Shown in pieces: positions 61,472-64,000 of a stretch of 64,000 nucleotides of DNA (positions are counted from its first letter, which is position 1; every line of letters begins with the position of its first letter). The stretch covers positions 64,001 to 128,000 of the forward strand of contig CAVWHX010000004.1 in assembly GCA_963754925.1 (NCBI GenBank). Reading direction: 5' to 3'. The DNA is from an uncultured delta proteobacterium. Its GTDB lineage: Bacteria > Myxococcota > B64-G9. The notes under the pieces were generated by a model that saw only the letters and a program-made list of their open reading frames with translations, was not told the DNA's origin and ran no database searches. The translations under genes and the position numbers were made by a program.

Positions 61472-64000
61472 TCACCGGGATAGCGGTTTCTCGCCGGACC
61501 TCATAAAGCGCTCGCGGATAGTGGCCGAGCGCGGGATGGCCATCCAATCGCCCGGTTGCATTTTACGCGGGGTGCGAGCCGGCGGCGCCTTGTCGTGCTC
61601 GGTCAGCGGCACAATCAAGAGGCGGCCGCCCTTCTTGGCGTGGCGAACGTCAACCAACGCCAGTCCGACTTGGCGCTCGCCGGTAGCGATGGCGCTGGTG
61701 ACGATGCCGCTGTATTCCCCCTTCTTGCCATCGAGCACCGGGTTGCCCGGACGCAGCACCTTGCCGCCTTTCTCGTCCACTTCAAAACGCACGATCGTGC
61801 GTTCGCGATGCGCATGCCACTGCCGGGCGGCTTGCCGACCGACGAAGAACGGTTTATGCAGCTTGACAAACGCGCCGTAGCCGGCCTCAATCGGGTTTAT
61901 CGCGTGGTAGCCTGCCAGCTCATGACCATGTAGGGGAAGCCCGGCCTCGGTGCGGGTGGAGTCGCGCGCCCCGAGACCGGCGGGGATAAGACCCTCGGGC
62001 TTGCCGGCTTCGAGCAGCGCGTTCCACACAGTGACGGCGCGATCGGGATGCACGTACAGCTCAAAACCGATATTTTCTCCGGTGTAGCCGGTTCGAGACA
62101 CGAAGGCGTCGATCCCGGCCACGTCGCACGCGAAGAAGTGAAATTTACGCAGATGCTTGAGGTCGATCCTCTTCGAGCGGCTGGGCATGACCTTCTCCAA
62201 GATGGCCCGCGCGGCCGGTCCCTGCAACGCGAGATCCACTCGGCGTTCGTCGCCGCAAGCCGGGTCTTTCAAATTGCGGATGGCCACGGTTCCCTCGACG
62301 CGCACATCCGGCCGCTGCGCATCGAGCTGGACGCGGCCATCGGCCACCGCCCGAAACCAAGTCTCGTCCTCGTCGGTGTTGGCGGCATTGACCACCACCA
62401 TGAAGCGATCGCGGGTAAGACGGTAGATGATCACGTCATCGATGCACCGACCGGCGTGATCGAGTAGGAACGAGTAATGCGCCTGGCCCGGCAACAGGGC
62501 CGGCACATAATTGGCCGTGGTCAGATCGAGAAAACGTTCGGCGAACGGGCCGGAAAACTCGAGCGCGCCCATGTGCGCCACGTCGAAAAGACCCGCACGC
62601 GTGCGCACGGCTTCGTGCTCATCGAGGATGCTCCGATACATGACCGGCATGCGCCAACCGGCGAAGGCCACCAAATGCTTTGGACTGACCAGCCGTTCGT
62701 GCTCCGCGTACAGGCACGTTCTCCTAAGCTCACCGACCGCTGGGGTAAAGGCGAACGGCGCCGGACCTTCCGGCATTTTTTGCAGCGTGGCCCGCAGCGC
62801 TTTTTGGCCGATAAAAAAAGGTTTGTTGAGATGAATACGATCTGCCCAGGCGCCGGTCAGGAGATCGCCGCTCGTTGCCGTAGGCTTCGGATACGCCTCG
62901 GCCAGCGCTCGGCAACCAACTTCTCTGGCGCCCGCGCGGCTGAGGCGAGCCCAGAGGGTAGGAGCTTCAGTAGCCGGAACAAACAGGTCGAGCCCCGGGA
63001 CGTCGTCGAGGCGACTGAGAACAGCGCCCGAACCCAAGGGGGCGATACGGCCGGGCAGCGGCGGCGCCAAACCGAATGACGTTTGGAAAACCTCGCCGGC
63101 TTTAGGTCCCCGTAAACCAACGCACGTTAACGCCTGCCGCCCGTCCGAAGGCTGCATGAGATCCTCGATGACTGCCGGGCCCTCGCACTTGAGCTGCAAA
63201 TCCTCATCGTGGAGAATGTAACCGTCCGATAACCCGCGCAGCCAGTTGGTGACACGGTCCGGATCGGCGGTATGCAGTCGCAACCAGTAGCGCTCGTGTC
63301 CTTCAGCAGCAGGCGACAGGCGGATAACCTGTCCGTGCGCCAGGGGTAGGCCGTTCGGATCGAGCAACAGCGTCATGCTGGTCTGACCGGGCGTGAGCGT
63401 GAGCACGCTGCAGGTCAGGGCGCTTTCAAGCAACGGGCCGGGCTTTCCCATGCTTAATTCGAGCAGGAGCTCTCCGCCGCTGTCGATAAGAGCACAGCCT
63501 GATTGCAGCGCGGCTTTCTCGGCGGCCACATCTCCAAACTGTGCAGGCCTCAGCCAACCATCCTCCTCGACCAGGGTTACACCCGCGCGCTGATGCACCC
63601 TCGTCAGTTCTGTTTGGCGGGGACGCGGATCAGACCGGAGCGTGACGTGTGGGTAGGCCCCCTCCGCCGTACCACCCCCGGCGAGGGGGTCGGCGGCAGC
63701 GACGAGCTGGCGTACCCCGTCTGAAACCTCTTCAAGGATCGCTGGATCAATCTTTCCACGGCCCCACTCGATGCGCCCGCCAATGTACGAGAACGGCTTG
63801 GTACTCGTGACGATCCGAGCCACCAGACTGGCGACGCGGGCCATGTGTTCGGGCTTGAGGCCGCGCTGGCTCACCCAGGTGGTGCCAAAACGCAGGCCGC
63901 TGGGGTGGATGGCGTTGGTGTCTCCGGCAATGGTGTTCTTGTTGCAGACGATCCCGCAGAGATCGAGAAGGCGCGAGCAAATCTCCCCGGTCAGGGGTTC
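61472..64000 (-). CDS. SHMT-GcvT fusion (C-terminal end of SHMT + degenerate GcvT-like domain + intact GcvT); 5' end outside window
   Basis: Frame open to 64000: GIVCNKNTIAGD...SGLRFGTTWVSQRG (SHMT C-terminus); FAGWRMP...EHEAVR..AGLFDVAHMG, SRTGYTGE, GLGARDSTRTEAG (GcvT). Confidence 0.88.
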   Translation of the reverse strand, partial: EPLTGEICSRLLDLCGIVCNKNTIAGDTNAIHPSGLRFGTTWVSQRGLKPEHMARVASLVARIVTSTKPFSYIGGRIEWGRGKIDPAILEEVSDGVRQLVAAADPLAGGGTAEGAYPHVTLRSDPRPRQTELTRVHQRAGVTLVEEDGWLRPAQFGDVAAEKAALQSGCALIDSGGELLLELSMGKPGPLLESALTCSVLTLTPGQTSMTLLLDPNGLPLAHGQVIRLSPAAEGHERYWLRLHTADPDRVTNWLRGLSDGYILHDEDLQLKCEGPAVIEDLMQPSDGRQALTCVGLRGPKAGEVFQTSFGLAPPLPGRIAPLGSGAVLSRLDDVPGLDLFVPATEAPTLWARLSRAGAREVGCRALAEAYPKPTATSGDLLTGAWADRIHLNKPFFIGQKALRATLQKMPEGPAPFAFTPAVGELRRTCLYAEHERLVSPKHLVAFAGWRMPVMYRSILDEHEAVRTRAGLFDVAHMGALEFSGPFAERFLDLTTANYVPALLPGQAHYSFLLDHAGRCIDDVIIYRLTRDRFMVVVNAANTDEDETWFRAVADGRVQLDAQRPDVRVEGTVAIRNLKDPACGDERRVDLALQGPAARAILEKVMPSRSKRIDLKHLRKFHFFACDVAGIDAFVSRTGYTGENIGFELYVHPDRAVTVWNALLEAGKPEGLIPAGLGARDSTRTEAGLPLHGHELAGYHAINPIEAGYGAFVKLHKPFFVGRQAARQWHAHRERTIVRFEVDEKGGKVLRPGNPVLDGKKGEYSGIVTSAIATGERQVGLALVDVRHAKKGGRLLIVPLTEHDKAPPARTPRKMQPGDWMAIPRSATIRERFMRSGEKPLSR

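Overview
This is a GC-rich bacterial chromosomal window. A TIGR04551-type porin, an FHA-sigma54 activator and the lipoprotein-dapA-dapB-dapL-folK order suggest a deltaproteobacterium or Myxococcota relative; that assignment is inference. Most of the window is housekeeping: MacAB-TolC-type efflux, glcD/glcF, etfBA, lysine biosynthesis, hsp20 pair, pcnB, dtd, rng, ligA, and a folate/C1 block (folD, panB, panE, metF, doubled thyX, SHMT-GcvT fusion). Two things stand out. (1) A more AT-rich minus-strand cluster (~4.5-12.4 kb) looks like an uncharacterised RiPP system. It has a 48-aa YxxP-leader precursor missed by the ORF track (9103-9249), an HPr-kinase-like protein, a radical SAM enzyme with YydG/EpeE epimerase-like motifs, a Cys-variant S26 peptidase fused to a degenerate GNAT, an M1 peptidase lipoprotein, an FG-GAP surface lipoprotein, and a PqqD/RRE carrying a histone-H1-like Lys/Ala tail. 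(2) A family of ~50-60 nt hairpin mini-elements (CC-N3-4-GGATAAGAGA...TCTCTAA) sits inside REP-like palindromes, and both filled and empty target sites are visible in the window. About a dozen otherwise intact genes have single-base frameshifts, often in homopolymers. These are most likely long-read assembly errors, so several coordinates span frameshifts. No rRNA, tRNA, CRISPR array or transposase was recognised.
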